Origin: Candidatus Bathyarchaeota archaeon
GTDB taxonomy: Archaea > Thermoproteota > Bathyarchaeia > Bathyarchaeales > Bathycorpusculaceae
DNA: 64,000 bases
Assembly: GCA_963717465.1 (NCBI GenBank)
Contig: OY970340.1
Location: 2,336,001-2,400,000 of the forward strand
Reading direction: 5' to 3'
The position numbers were made by a program, and so were the translations under genes. Below the pieces are notes generated by a model. That model saw only the letters and a program-made list of their open reading frames with translations, was not told the origin of the DNA and did no database searches. The first letter of the stretch is position 1. Each line of letters starts with the position of its first letter. Positions 11,067-21,278 of this stretch are shown piece after piece.

Positions 11067-11852
11067 TTAGACAAATCCTTCTTTCCAAAGACTGTTAAAG
11101 TAGAATTCACATAAATTTATAATGTTTTTGTTGGATGACCAAAATGCTGCTGAATCAAAATTTTCTGCTGGCGTAGTGTTAATTACAACTTCTTCGCTAT
11201 CAAATATTCCCATTGCAGTAATAGGAGTTTCTTTAACAAACCTTACCTGGTAATTCTCATAAGGACTTACATGTTTTCTGATTTCGTTTCTTAATTTTTC
11301 ATTAGAAGGATAACAAATTATAACCTTACAATCAACATTCCTTGATAATGCATCATTTAGAATTGCGTTATACTCGTCAGGTGGCAAAACCACCTTCTCG
11401 GTCGCAATAATGGAACGAATGGTTTTTTTGACATTCTTAAGAATCTTTTTGCTTCTAATGTAAAATGTTTCTTTAGGAATAATGCTGATTGTGAATTCGT
11501 CAGGGTCTTTCCTTTTTTCAGAGGCTCTTTCGCCTACTTGTTGAATAAGAAGTGGGATTCTTTTTTTGATTTCAGCGAGATCCTTCATTTTATTTTGCAT
11601 TAAAATCGATGTGGATGCCTCTAACGGGGTTGCTTGATATTTAGTTGGCTTGCCAATAATTCTCTCTACAAGTTGAAGCTCTTCAAGCTGCGCAATTATC
11701 CGATAAACGTCCGGTCTTGAGACCCTAGAAAGAGCTGAGATTGTTTTTGCCGTTACAAAATTTTGGGTTAAGAGTGCTAAGTATACTTTAGCTTGTAAAG
11801 CAGTTAAACCAAGATCTACCAATACAGATGAAGGCTCATAATCATTGACCAT
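11067..11852 (-). CDS. TrmB-family transcriptional regulator
   Basis: LGLTALQAKVYLALL...SRPDVYRII wHTH plus a C-terminal effector domain (IFDSEEV). Confidence 0.9.
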   Translation of the reverse strand: MVNDYEPSSVLVDLGLTALQAKVYLALLTQNFVTAKTISALSRVSRPDVYRIIAQLEELQLVERIIGKPTKYQATPLEASTSILMQNKMKDLAEIKKRIPLLIQQVGERASEKRKDPDEFTISIIPKETFYIRSKKILKNVKKTIRSIIATEKVVLPPDEYNAILNDALSRNVDCKVIICYPSNEKLRNEIRKHVSPYENYQVRFVKETPITAMGIFDSEEVVINTTPAENFDSAAFWSSNKNIINLCEFYFNSLWKEGFV

Positions 11853-12085
11853 AGCGCTTGCCTGCTACAAGCTGATGAACATTTGAGTGATTATAAATAT
11901 TTTTCCTAAAAATAAGGAATGCAAGAGCTTTTAATTAATGCAAAAATGATGCAAAATTCGTTTAGAATCATAACGTGCCATGTGTCATAATTAAGCCATA
12001 ATACTTGCAAAGAGAAATTGAAAACTGAAATAAATAAACTAATTAGCGTGACACACAGTAATAGCGTACTTTCACTTTTTTTGGG

Positions 12086-12188
12086 TTGGGGTTAAGGGGA
12101 CTATTATGGAAAGGGGACATGTTTTTCCATCAAATGTCAGTATTGTTCTATTCAAGACATAGAATGAAAATAGTCTTTCCCTCCCCAA
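12086..12188 (-). ncRNA. BHB-closed structured RNA cassette A (predicted 84-nt excised intron/circle)
   Basis: Minus strand UUGGGG-AGGG-AAA-GACUAUU ... AAUAGUC-CCCU-UAA-CCCCAA: 3-nt bulge, 4-bp helix, 3-nt bulge. Two internal hairpins. Confidence 0.65.
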
Positions 12189-12214
12189 TCTATGCAGGCT
12201 TAATTTTTTTCAGG

Positions 12215-12331
12215 TTGGGATTTAGGGAACTATTGCGGGTATGAACTTGAACCCGTCTCGAATACCCACAAGATTCGAGACTTAAAAGATGATAGTCTTT
12301 CTACGAAAGATGATAGTCTTTCCCTTCCCAA
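12215..12331 (-). ncRNA. BHB-closed structured RNA cassette B (predicted 98-nt excised intron/circle)
   Basis: Minus strand UUGGGA-AGGG-AAA-GACUAU ... AUAGUU-CCCU-AAA-UCCCAA. Compensatory G-C to A-U change versus cassette A; internal hairpins. Confidence 0.65.
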
Positions 12332-12348
12332 ACCGTTCAAACTTAGTC

Positions 12349-12364
12349 TACTCAATATTGAGTA
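12349..12364. promoter_or_regulatory. Perfect 16-bp palindrome TACTCAATATTGAGTA
   Basis: Seen directly, just 5' of cassette B on the minus strand. Operator or RNA hairpin. Confidence 0.45.
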
Positions 12365-12506
12365 ACTAATCAAGCCATCCTCCACTGTCCTCAGAAAATA
12401 AAGCAAGCAGTATTTTACTCCTTGTATGGGGAAGATACACTTACAACTCGCTCTAATTCATTCGAAGCACTTATAGCTGTGAGCTATATTTACCCCTTCT
12501 TTACGG

Positions 12507-13082
12507 TTAATTCTCGACGAAGTTCTGTAGATTCCTATTTAAATCTAAAGCTACTTCTTCGGTAGAGTTATTTGAGTTTATAATAATCCACTTGTCGTAG
12601 CGTGTTAGCGAAAGAGCTTTAGTCCTAACCTTTTTTAAGGATTCTAAACTCTCGAACATTTCAGTTTTTTCTCGGTTTTCATTTATACGAACTGCTGCTA
12701 TTTCAGGGTAAACATCCAAAAAGAACAGGTTTTTTGACTTTGGTACTAATGAAGAAAAGAAATTGTATGCAATTAAGTGCAACGGTGATGGTAAGTAAGC
12801 GGTTCCCATTAGGTATCTAACAAAGATTATGAAATCCAGTCGTCGCCACGAATAAAGAAGAATTGATCGTACCACATCTATCATGTAGAATAGAGCTGAA
12901 GCGAAATGAGCGCTTTTGCCTTGTGAGTACAAATAAAAGCGTGCTTTAATGCCAAACCAATTATCAGTTTCTGGATGAATACGTAAACAAGCTGTCTTAT
13001 TTTTTTCTTTTAACGATTTTAGCAAAAGCTGAGATTGCGTGCTTTTGCCTGACCCATCCAAGCCGTCAATAATTATTAACAC
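12507..13082 (-). CDS. tmk: Thymidylate kinase family protein
   Basis: IIIDGLDGSGKSTQ P-loop, FLDV.PE. VRY replaces the usual DRY motif. Confidence 0.75.
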   Translation of the reverse strand: MLIIIDGLDGSGKSTQSQLLLKSLKEKNKTACLRIHPETDNWFGIKARFYLYSQGKSAHFASALFYMIDVVRSILLYSWRRLDFIIFVRYLMGTAYLPSPLHLIAYNFFSSLVPKSKNLFFLDVYPEIAAVRINENREKTEMFESLESLKKVRTKALSLTRYDKWIIINSNNSTEEVALDLNRNLQNFVEN

Positions 13083-13085
13083 TGG

Positions 13086-13805
13086 CTAAAGTCCCCCTAA
13101 CACAAGCAGAAATACTACAACGCTGAAAAAGGGCACGGTTAAATTGTCAAGTCCACTAGGGCTTAGCGCTTCGCAAACTGTTGCTACTGCAGCCACTGCC
13201 AAAGAAGCAAGCACTAAGTTATGTATTGATGTTGGATAGAGATATGAGAAAAACAGTAAACTGGCAAGCAGAGCTAAAAAGCACATAGTAAACATTGCAA
13301 TTGACCCCTCAAGACTCTTTTTAGCGAAGATGCTGTATTGATGCCGCCCTATTTTTTGTCCAACTAAAGAAGCTGCAGCATCGCCGTAGGCCATTGGTAA
13401 AATACCAGCAGCGATTACATATGGTTGTGCTGAAAATAGCAAGGCTAACGCAGTATAAGAAATTGCGTATAGAACCAGCCCAAATTCATGCCCTTCACTT
13501 GTAACGTCAGTTAACCCAGGCATCTTTTTGCTCAGGCTCTTAATGGGGGATATTTTTGAGACCAAAAGGGTCAAAACTATAAATGGGGCAGCAACAAAAA
13601 AAGGAAAGTTAATTGGGAACACCTTGTACGAGAAGAATGGAATTATAAAGCATAAATTTCCTATCATTATGTGCAAAAACTTGCGGGAAAAACTCTTAGA
13701 TACATGGCTATTAATAATGCCAGTTAACGAGATTATGCCTATCACATAAAGATAACATGCAATGAGTAAGGCTAAATTAATTATTATTCCAGGAACGTCA
13801 GTCAT
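13086..13805 (-). CDS. Phytol/dolichol kinase-like (CTP-dependent) membrane protein
   Basis: SRKFLHI, GDAAASLVG, KSLEGS and DNLTVP motifs. Confidence 0.85.
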   Translation of the reverse strand: MTDVPGIIINLALLIACYLYVIGIISLTGIINSHVSKSFSRKFLHIMIGNLCFIIPFFSYKVFPINFPFFVAAPFIVLTLLVSKISPIKSLSKKMPGLTDVTSEGHEFGLVLYAISYTALALLFSAQPYVIAAGILPMAYGDAAASLVGQKIGRHQYSIFAKKSLEGSIAMFTMCFLALLASLLFFSYLYPTSIHNLVLASLAVAAVATVCEALSPSGLDNLTVPFFSVVVFLLVLGGL

Positions 13806-14375
13806 ATTAAGCCTCAACATTCCATGTATAAATAAAGCCAAACGAAAAATAGCCTCGAATAAAAGTTGACGCTTTGCTCCTGTTTACAAGAGTGTTTACT
13901 GATTCAACTAACAACTTGTCTCCCCCACCAATATCCCCACCAAAAATAATTGCATGACACAGTTTTATGTTTTTTGAATATACGGGTTTTCTAATTGTTT
14001 ATTATCCTCTGTCAAGCATCAATAGCAATGAAAAGAGTTGCCATAAAAGGTTGAACCTGGCAATTTATGGGGTTTAATATAACAATGACTGCTACCGATA
14101 GCACTATCAACATACAGTTTACTGCTTAGCTCTATCAACTCCGGAACCATTAACGGAGTTTCCGGGAACGTTTCCCAAAAAGTTCTACAGCACTCAACGT
14201 TCGTATTCTAAGCTTTAACTTAAGCGATGCTTTCAAAACTGCAACCATAATATTCGCCAAATTCTCTTCCCTCACGTCATAAATCCTATGGCATTGCGAT
14301 AAATTTTCAAGCATGGATGTTGATACTAAAGCACTCATACAACTTTTAATATTGTTTTAGAAAAGCAATAATTAA

Positions 14376-15128
14376 TCAATTCTTTTGTGTTTCTACAAAC
14401 TTGTAATCGATATTTTTTTCCCAAAATTTTTTGAAGGAAGCTCTATATTTGGGTAGTCTTGCTCTGCCTCGCCAGGTTGATTTATCAGCGAATCTTTTAA
14501 TTTCCTTCGAAGGCGTAAAGTATGCGATTGCATTATCGACGCTTAGTACAAATGGAGGATGCCCATAGTACATGCTGACCCAGTTAGAAATCAAGTTGCC
14601 TGTTCTGTGATTGCCCTCAATGAATAATTGGGGAAAACCAAGCACTGAAACATAAATTTCGGCAGCTACCCTTAAGGGATGCGGCTCGCCTTTCATGTGT
14701 CTTCGGTACCATTTTTCAATTGGAACTATACACTCGTTGAATTTTTCCGAATTAGCGACAATTGCCTTGTTGTATTCAAGTCTTAACGACAAATCTAACC
14801 CATAAAGCACAATGTTATTAAGTTCAAGAATTTCTGAAATGCCATCGGTTGAGAATGGTTCAATTTCATTCCTGAGGAGTTTATCGAGATACTTATAGGA
14901 ATCCATCATTCGACTTCTAATAACGGGGTCAAAAGTATCGCGTCTCCCAAGCTTTTTAAAGTCAAGCTCATTATCGACTTTTTTCCAATTCCTTTGTACT
15001 TCAAGAAGGGACAATTCTACATTTTTAAGGTTAAACTTGAGAATTTTCCCTTTATCCAATACTATTCCTTTGAAAACTACTTTTGCAGATACTTTCATAT
15101 TTAAGTGCTTAGTTAGCTCAATAATCAA
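14376..15128 (-). CDS. Fic/Doc-like domain protein with a non-canonical motif
   Basis: PQLFIEGNHRTG versus canonical HPFx(D/E)GNGR; start uncertain. Confidence 0.7.
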   Translation of the reverse strand: MIIELTKHLNMKVSAKVVFKGIVLDKGKILKFNLKNVELSLLEVQRNWKKVDNELDFKKLGRRDTFDPVIRSRMMDSYKYLDKLLRNEIEPFSTDGISEILELNNIVLYGLDLSLRLEYNKAIVANSEKFNECIVPIEKWYRRHMKGEPHPLRVAAEIYVSVLGFPQLFIEGNHRTGNLISNWVSMYYGHPPFVLSVDNAIAYFTPSKEIKRFADKSTWRGRARLPKYRASFKKFWEKNIDYKFVETQKN

Positions 15129-15192
15129 ACAAAGAAGTAAACACGTTGTTTAATAAATTGCAAGCAACCAGTTTATGGTCTGTTAACTCTAA

Positions 15193-15645
15193 TTATTCCT
15201 TAGAATTCTTACGCATTGAGCCAAAATACAAACCTATCAGACTTGAGACTAACATTATGGCAACAATTGCTGTTACACCAAATGCTGAGTAAGCCGCCCA
15301 ATCGTAATTTGTCCACCCATTTGCGTTGAATAAGCTATTTAGCGAGTCTTTGAACCAAGGGCTTTCGAACGGATTAGAAATCCAAATTGCAGTAAAAAAT
15401 AGCGATGCAACCATAGATAAAACAAGAATGCTACCAATAGCTTTACTTCTCGACTCTTCCTGAATTTTTAGAGCAAACACGTAACCAACAATCAATGATG
15501 CAATCAAGAATGCTGCAAAAGTGGAAAGCAAATCGCTTATCATGTTGGCATTCAATGGAATGAACGCGACTAACAATACACTGCGAAGCAGCAGACTAAT
15601 CAGAACTAAGGAAGCTGCTGCTATTATCACATCATTTAACTTCAA
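15193..15645 (-). CDS. Hypothetical membrane protein (4 TM)
   Basis: 150 aa, four hydrophobic helices. Confidence 0.75.
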   Translation of the reverse strand: MKLNDVIIAAASLVLISLLLRSVLLVAFIPLNANMISDLLSTFAAFLIASLIVGYVFALKIQEESRSKAIGSILVLSMVASLFFTAIWISNPFESPWFKDSLNSLFNANGWTNYDWAAYSAFGVTAIVAIMLVSSLIGLYFGSMRKNSKE

Positions 15646-16021
15646 TCAACATCTCATCCGTTAAATCTAAAGAGCAAAGTTTTTTCTGCTTTTTAACCTT
15701 AAATAACTTGTGCCCATATCTATTTCTAAGCTGAATGAAGTACATCAGCTATTGCTTATACACGGGATCAACAACATATGTACCAGGTCTCTTTGTTTCG
15801 CAGGCATAGACAGCATTGGCAACTCCCTGGTAAACTATATATTGCATCCATCGTCAGTGGTGTCTTTCTTCAAGATTGGTGAAACCATTTCTGGAAGTAC
15901 AGCAACTCTACGTATACTTTGCTTTATACTGAGCCATTCTCGAATGTCTTGCTTACAGAAGTTGGGATAGCAATAATTTATATTGCAGTTTTTTCGCTAA
16001 TCTCATGGCATTCTTTCAAAC

Positions 16022-16801
16022 GTGCGCAGGTGGCTGAGTAAGATGGTTGAACAAAAGACATTGAAAGGTGAAGTTATAAGTGAACAAAAAAACGGTTGCA
16101 TAGTGGTAAGTAATGTTTCAAGGAATTTTGGGCAAGTCATGGCTCTGAAAGGTCTTAGTTTTACGATACCATGGGGAGAAAAGTTTACGTTACTCGGCCC
16201 CAACGGAGCTGGTAAATCCACTACCTTAAAGCTTCTAGTCGGGCTTCTGAAACCTGATTCGGGTGAAATAAGAATAGGTGGAGCAGATCCAGGTAGCAAA
16301 GAAGCAAGGTCGATTGTTGGATACTTGCCAGAGGATGCGTCACCTTACCGTACGCTTTCGGTCCGAGAAAACCTCGAATACATCGGTGCCCTTAGAGAAG
16401 TCGGAAACGTAAGGGAGGCAACGGATGTTATGCTAGACCTTCTTGAACTACGGGAGTACGAGAAGGCGAAGGTTGGCAGGCTTTCAAGGGGCAACATGCA
16501 AAAGTTATCATTAGCATTGACTCTTATTCATAAGCCTAAAGTGCTTCTTCTCGATGAACCCTTGAACTATTTAGACATACCAACCCAGGAGAAGGTTATA
16601 GCTTTCCTCAATTCGTTGAATGCGACTCATTTGGTTTCAACTCACATAATGTCCATAGCAAGCAGGCTTACCAAGAACGTAATCATGCTCTCAAGGGGAG
16701 CTGTTCTCTGGGAGGGAAGCATAGATGCACTTAAAAAGTTAGGAAAAGAGGAGGAACCGATAGAAAGCGTGGTAGCGAGGATGATGATGGGTGCTCGGTA
16801 A
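16022..16801 (+). CDS. ABC transporter ATP-binding protein
   Basis: [12 protein letters not shown] signature, LLLDEP; the true start may be ATG 16043. Confidence 0.92.
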   Translation: MRRWLSKMVEQKTLKGEVISEQKNGCIVVSNVSRNFGQVMALKGLSFTIPWGEKFTLLGPNGAGKSTTLKLLVGLLKPDSGEIRIGGADPGSKEARSIVGYLPEDASPYRTLSVRENLEYIGALREVGNVREATDVMLDLLELREYEKAKVGRLSRGNMQKLSLALTLIHKPKVLLLDEPLNYLDIPTQEKVIAFLNSLNATHLVSTHIMSIASRLTKNVIMLSRGAVLWEGSIDALKKLGKEEEPIESVVARMMMGAR

Positions 16802-18200
16802 ACTCATCAAGTTCATTATTCTAACCAGGTTTTCTAAGCCGCTCCTTGTAGTGATGGCGTTCCTGCTGATTTATTATATATCGTTAGGTAGCTTTTCAGC
16901 GACAGGCATTTCCCCCGTAATTCAGTACATTGGAGCAGGCATCATAACGTTCATGCTTGTCCTTATGACCCTGGCCGGGGGAATGGTAGTCATGAAGTCC
17001 GATAGGGATTTTCTTTTCACTTTACCGCTGGACAAGAGAGAACTCGCTCTAAGCCTCTATATCGCGCAATTCGTAGCCTCAGGGATTATGATCTTTGTGG
17101 TTTTCGGATTCTTTATCTCAGCTATGGTGATAGGGAGCGGAGTTAGCTTTTTTCTGTTGCCCATTGACCTTATTGCATTCGCATTATCGGTAACATCGCT
17201 TAGTATAATCTCCAATGTCCTTGAGACAAAATTAAGAGTTCTGCTCGGAGTGCTTCTTGCTTTATGGGCGCTATCAGCATTATTGGGATTTCCTTTCTCA
17301 CCTGCCGCCATATTCGCGGGGAATGTTATCTACGGTTCGGCTGCAATGCTTGTTTTGACACTTTCAACTACGGTTATAGCGTTTAGAGAACTGGAGAATG
17401 TTGAGTTGGGAACGATGCGCAGCCTGATTAGGGCCACTTCTTCTGAAGTGAAGAAAAATAAGACCTTCGGTGGTATGAGCCCTATCAGGGCGATATTCTC
17501 CCTGAACTTCTATAATTTCGAGTTTTCAGGAAGGGTGGGTGGCGGCATGAGTGGAACCTCAAGATACCAAAGCGGCAGCGTAAAAATAAAGCTAATCCTG
17601 CCTGTTACATGTGCATTAGCAGCGGTTTACGGCTATCTTGCCCTTATATCATCTTCCACAGATAATTTTGGTATCACTTTCTTACTGCCTTTTTTCATAA
17701 CTTATTTTGCTTTCTTTGTCGCCCAGGGCGGAATGACGAATGAAAGAGCGTGGCTCGCTTTTACCTCCATGGAACCTTCAACATACTTTCGAAATGTTAC
17801 AACAGCTAAGGCTTTATCGTTTGCAGCAATAATTTCGCCTTTTGCGATTGCCAACATAATCCTTGCTTTTCTTGGAGCAGGAGGTGCCATCGCTCCAATT
17901 ATTCCACTTATTATCACTATACCCTGTTCTACGGTGATTCTTTTCTATTGGTCATCTAGAGTTTACCCTGTCCAAATTAAAGAGGAAGCGCCTATGATGC
18001 CCGCACAGTTCAATCTGAGACAAATGACCACTATCGTTCCAACCATAATTATCATGATTGCTGTCATAATATCAGCCCTATTCCTCCTTGCAGGAGCAAT
18101 AGTGGCTGCTGTTACAATGGGGTTGACGCTGTACCTCCTCTACAATCGCCATGCGTGGGACACATTAGTGGAGAAGCTCACCGAAAATGGATTCATCTAG
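16791..18200 (+). CDS. ABC exporter permease (multi-TM)
   Basis: Overlaps the ATPase stop; about 12 TM segments. Confidence 0.8.
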   Translation: MLGKLIKFIILTRFSKPLLVVMAFLLIYYISLGSFSATGISPVIQYIGAGIITFMLVLMTLAGGMVVMKSDRDFLFTLPLDKRELALSLYIAQFVASGIMIFVVFGFFISAMVIGSGVSFFLLPIDLIAFALSVTSLSIISNVLETKLRVLLGVLLALWALSALLGFPFSPAAIFAGNVIYGSAAMLVLTLSTTVIAFRELENVELGTMRSLIRATSSEVKKNKTFGGMSPIRAIFSLNFYNFEFSGRVGGGMSGTSRYQSGSVKIKLILPVTCALAAVYGYLALISSSTDNFGITFLLPFFITYFAFFVAQGGMTNERAWLAFTSMEPSTYFRNVTTAKALSFAAIISPFAIANIILAFLGAGGAIAPIIPLIITIPCSTVILFYWSSRVYPVQIKEEAPMMPAQFNLRQMTTIVPTIIIMIAVIISALFLLAGAIVAAVTMGLTLYLLYNRHAWDTLVEKLTENGFI

Positions 18201-18473
18201 ATCTTTGCATTGGTTAGCATTTTTCTTTGTCTGAGTTCGTTGTTTGCATAGTCTTCAAATCTTGAGAAAACTTAGGAAGAAGGTATTATCATTTATGAAA
18301 GAAAATTATTGAGCCATAATCTCTTTTTTACATGAAAAGCCCGTTTAGATGCATTATTTGATTGAAAATGTTATTGCGATTTGGCAGGTGACAGGTTTCA
18401 TTAAGAGCCGGGCAGGCTTATGGAAAAGCAAGATTTTGATCTTTCAGAAACCTGAAAGATTTAATAAGTCAAA

Positions 18474-19286
18474 GTGCTGAGAAGAGTGAAAAATATGATA
18501 ATTGATTCGTTGCTACTTCATCTTGTTTTGGCGTTTCTTGTCGGAAGTATATGGGTTATTGCAATCACTATTATCGCTGAAAAGAAGGGAAGTTTGCTTG
18601 GTGGAATATTAGGCGGGCTTCCTTCAACGTCAGCTTTCTCTTTCTTGTTCATCGGGATTAACCAATCTTCAGCGGTCGCAGTTCAAGCAACAACTCTCTT
18701 TCCATTAGCTTTTAGCATAACAAGCGCATACCTGTTCTTCTACGCGTTTTTTGCCAAAAGAGAATTTGCTCTTGGAATTTCCATTTCTCTTTTCATATGG
18801 TTTGCAGCTTCAGCACTTGTGTTTGCATCTGGCCTCAACAGTTTTGCCCCATCTTTGGTCTTAGGAGTAGCCATATCCGTGGTTACATACTTTGCTTTCG
18901 CCCAAAAGCTGAAACTTAAAAATGAACAAGGAGAGGAACGGCTTTACAGATTTCACGAAGTTCTCATTCGAGGAATAGGAGCAGGGGCTTTAATCGTAAT
19001 TTCTGTCCTTTTAAGCCAATTTGCAGGCCCAGTGTTAGGAGGTATCGCGGCGGCATTTCCTGCTGTTTTTACCTCGACAATAGTCATATTAAACAATAGC
19101 AGAGGCACAGAATTTTCTCGCTCAATCACAAAGCCACTAGTAATTTCGGGCATTTTAACGATTATTCCATACTGCATATCAGTCAGATACTTATACCCAA
19201 TCTTAGGTATCTGGACAGGAACCTTAGCTTCCTATGCTCTTGTCACGCCACTAGCAACTCTATCTTATTATATTGCAAGAAAGTAA
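18474..19286 (+). CDS. DUF3147-like membrane protein
   Basis: Internal duplication GGILGGLPS / GGIAAAFPA; likely start ATG 18495. Confidence 0.7.
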   Translation: MLRRVKNMIIDSLLLHLVLAFLVGSIWVIAITIIAEKKGSLLGGILGGLPSTSAFSFLFIGINQSSAVAVQATTLFPLAFSITSAYLFFYAFFAKREFALGISISLFIWFAASALVFASGLNSFAPSLVLGVAISVVTYFAFAQKLKLKNEQGEERLYRFHEVLIRGIGAGALIVISVLLSQFAGPVLGGIAAAFPAVFTSTIVILNNSRGTEFSRSITKPLVISGILTIIPYCISVRYLYPILGIWTGTLASYALVTPLATLSYYIARK

Positions 19287-19483
19287 CAATCGATTATCTA
19301 ATTAAAAAGAACTGCGCGTTCATGTAAATTTAGATTTATATTGTGTGACAGAAAGTATCAATGCAAAAAAAATACTTAAATGAGCTAAATTAAATTTTTC
19401 TGAGTAAAATTAAATGATCGTAATTCAAGCATTAACTACCTGCTTGAAATGAAAGGAAGAGTTGAAATGGAAAATAGACTGAC

Positions 19484-19853
19484 TTGATAGAAGCTCAAGG
19501 AATTGAAAAAACCTATGCAGCGAAATCGGAATTATCAACGTTTGTTTTGGGCGGTATAGATTTAACGATAGAAAGGGGCTATCAGATTGCAATAACAGGC
19601 CCCAGTGGATCAGGCCGGTGCTCTAGCAATTTCTGCGCTTGGCGCTGTAATTGGAAGCGTAATAGGCTAGTTCACAGCCTTCTTATTGCAGAGAGTTGGT
19701 GGAGGATTCTTTGTATACGTTGATTTGTCTTCGTTTACTGTGTCAGCCGTTGAAACAAGCTTATTAGTGGTGGTTCTCGGGTTGCTTTTTGGGATATGTC
19801 CAGCTTATAGGGCTAGTAAACTTCAGCCAGTAGAAGCATTAAGGTATGAATAA
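19484..19853 (+). pseudogene. Collapsed LolD/MacB-type ABC operon: ATPase 5' end joined to permease 3' end
   Basis: MIEAQGIEKTY...AITGPSGSG stops mid Walker A. Another frame then reads ...GLLFGICPAYRASKLQPVEALRYE* with an internal TAG. Confidence 0.85.
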
Positions 19854-20219
19854 CCCGTGAAAATGCGTAGTTTGGTATTAGCTTGTAGGCTTTAACTGGT
19901 GCTGTTTTTGTAGACTTTGCAAATTTCTTCTGCTGTTTTTGGGGGGTAACCAGAATTTATTAGTAAACGTTTGAATGAACTGTCAGTCTTTTTCATCTAA
20001 TCAGCACCTTACATATATTCTGTATTAATATTTAATAAACTTTTATTCCGTTTTTCGATATATTTCTAACGGCGGAGTAATCATACATACCACTTGCGAG
20101 TCTTGCAGAGGTCTAAGAAATGAAGAATGATACATGCCCCCCACTTTATTCTCATTTTTAGGAAAATTATAATTTTATCATGATTAAAAGGTCAGGTAAA
20201 ATTTGAAGATAACCCGTGT

Positions 20220-20556
20220 TTAAAAAGTAATTGACCTAGTTGCATTGTAGTCTTTTTGAATGACTCCTTGTTCGTTTAGTCGATTCATCTGCCACGTTAA
20301 CCCTTGAGAGGTTATGGAAAGTTCAACAGCTAGTTTATTATGAGAAATAATCTTCTCGACGAACTAGTATCTTTAGAATTTCTCTCGTCGTCCCATGCCT
20401 CAGAAGCGAAATCAACTTCATTTCGTTTAGTGAAAATTTCTTGTTAGCAAAGAACCGCTTGTATTTACCATCACAAATAAAAGAGATTAAACCCGCTTTC
20501 TTAAGGACGCCTAAATGGAACTCTGCTGTTCCTATAGCGATGTCTAACCTTGCGCA
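20220..20556 (-). pseudogene. 5'-truncated, frameshifted double winged-HTH regulator (COG3398-like)
   Basis: CARLDIAIGTAEFHLGVLKKAGLIS...GKYKRFF...LLRHGTTREIL, then in a shifted frame ISHNKLAVELSITSQGLTWQMNRL. Confidence 0.75.
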
Positions 20557-20582
20557 TCAAAAGTGATAGTTTCGCAAGTTCG

Positions 20583-21176
20583 CTATTCGGATACTGGGGG
20601 AATATCGCTTTGCGCTTGTTTCTTGATTTCCCTAATTATGCTATCTATCTTTCTTAGTCGTTCCTGCATTCTTTTTACTGCTTTATAGGTGTGCTTTCGT
20701 TCATGCTCAAGATGCTTTAAATTTTTCTCACTTAGCGGGTCGTCTTCAAGGAAAGGCGAAAGGAAAGAAGGTATACATGGAATAGATTCATCTGTTGCAT
20801 CAATGTTGAAAACGTCACGAGCAAATTCTCTGAAACTGTTGCCGATATTTTTTGAAATTTCTGCCTGCTTTAAAATGGCTCGCCTAAGAATAGTCTCGCC
20901 TGACGCGGTAATTTTGTAAACTTTTAATCTGCGATTATTTTGTGTCTGCCATTGACCTTTAATGTAACCCGATTTCTCTAAATCTCTCAAAATAGGGTAA
21001 ACTCCACCGGGAGTAGGCTGCCAGAAACCCTTAGAACGGCTATTAATTTCCTTCATGATTTCGTAGCCGTGGGCTGGCTTCTTACTGAGAAAAATCAAAA
21101 CGCCGATTCGAATAAAGCCTTTTTGTAATTCTTTTAGCCAACTGGCTGTTGTTTTATCTTCAGATTCTTTGGCCAT
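20583..21176 (-). CDS. PadR-family transcriptional regulator
   Basis: HGYEIMKEI, GGVYPILRDLE, KVYKIT; divergent from the ABC operon. Confidence 0.92.
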   Translation of the reverse strand: MAKESEDKTTASWLKELQKGFIRIGVLIFLSKKPAHGYEIMKEINSRSKGFWQPTPGGVYPILRDLEKSGYIKGQWQTQNNRRLKVYKITASGETILRRAILKQAEISKNIGNSFREFARDVFNIDATDESIPCIPSFLSPFLEDDPLSEKNLKHLEHERKHTYKAVKRMQERLRKIDSIIREIKKQAQSDIPPVSE

Positions 21177-21278
21177 CTTCTTTCAAAGCAATACTATACT
21201 TGGGTAATACTTATATTTTACCGCAATATATTGTAGCGAAATATATTCCAATGAATAACATTTAGGGCGATACCTGAA

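Noticed and set aside
12093..12176. Stop-free rolling-circle ORF in predicted circle A (84 nt)
   Set aside because: Easily arises by chance in 28 codons and is not shared by cassette B (98 nt).
12086..12331. Plus-strand reading of the cassettes, or mRNA introns restoring an ORF
   Set aside because: The plus strand gives inverted BHB geometry with U-rich bulges, and the spliced minus-strand exons hit a stop within a few codons.
15710..15970. 86-aa ORF, and likewise 34602..34814, 14150..14338 and 24199..24447
   Set aside because: No recognisable motifs or start signals; cannot be supported.
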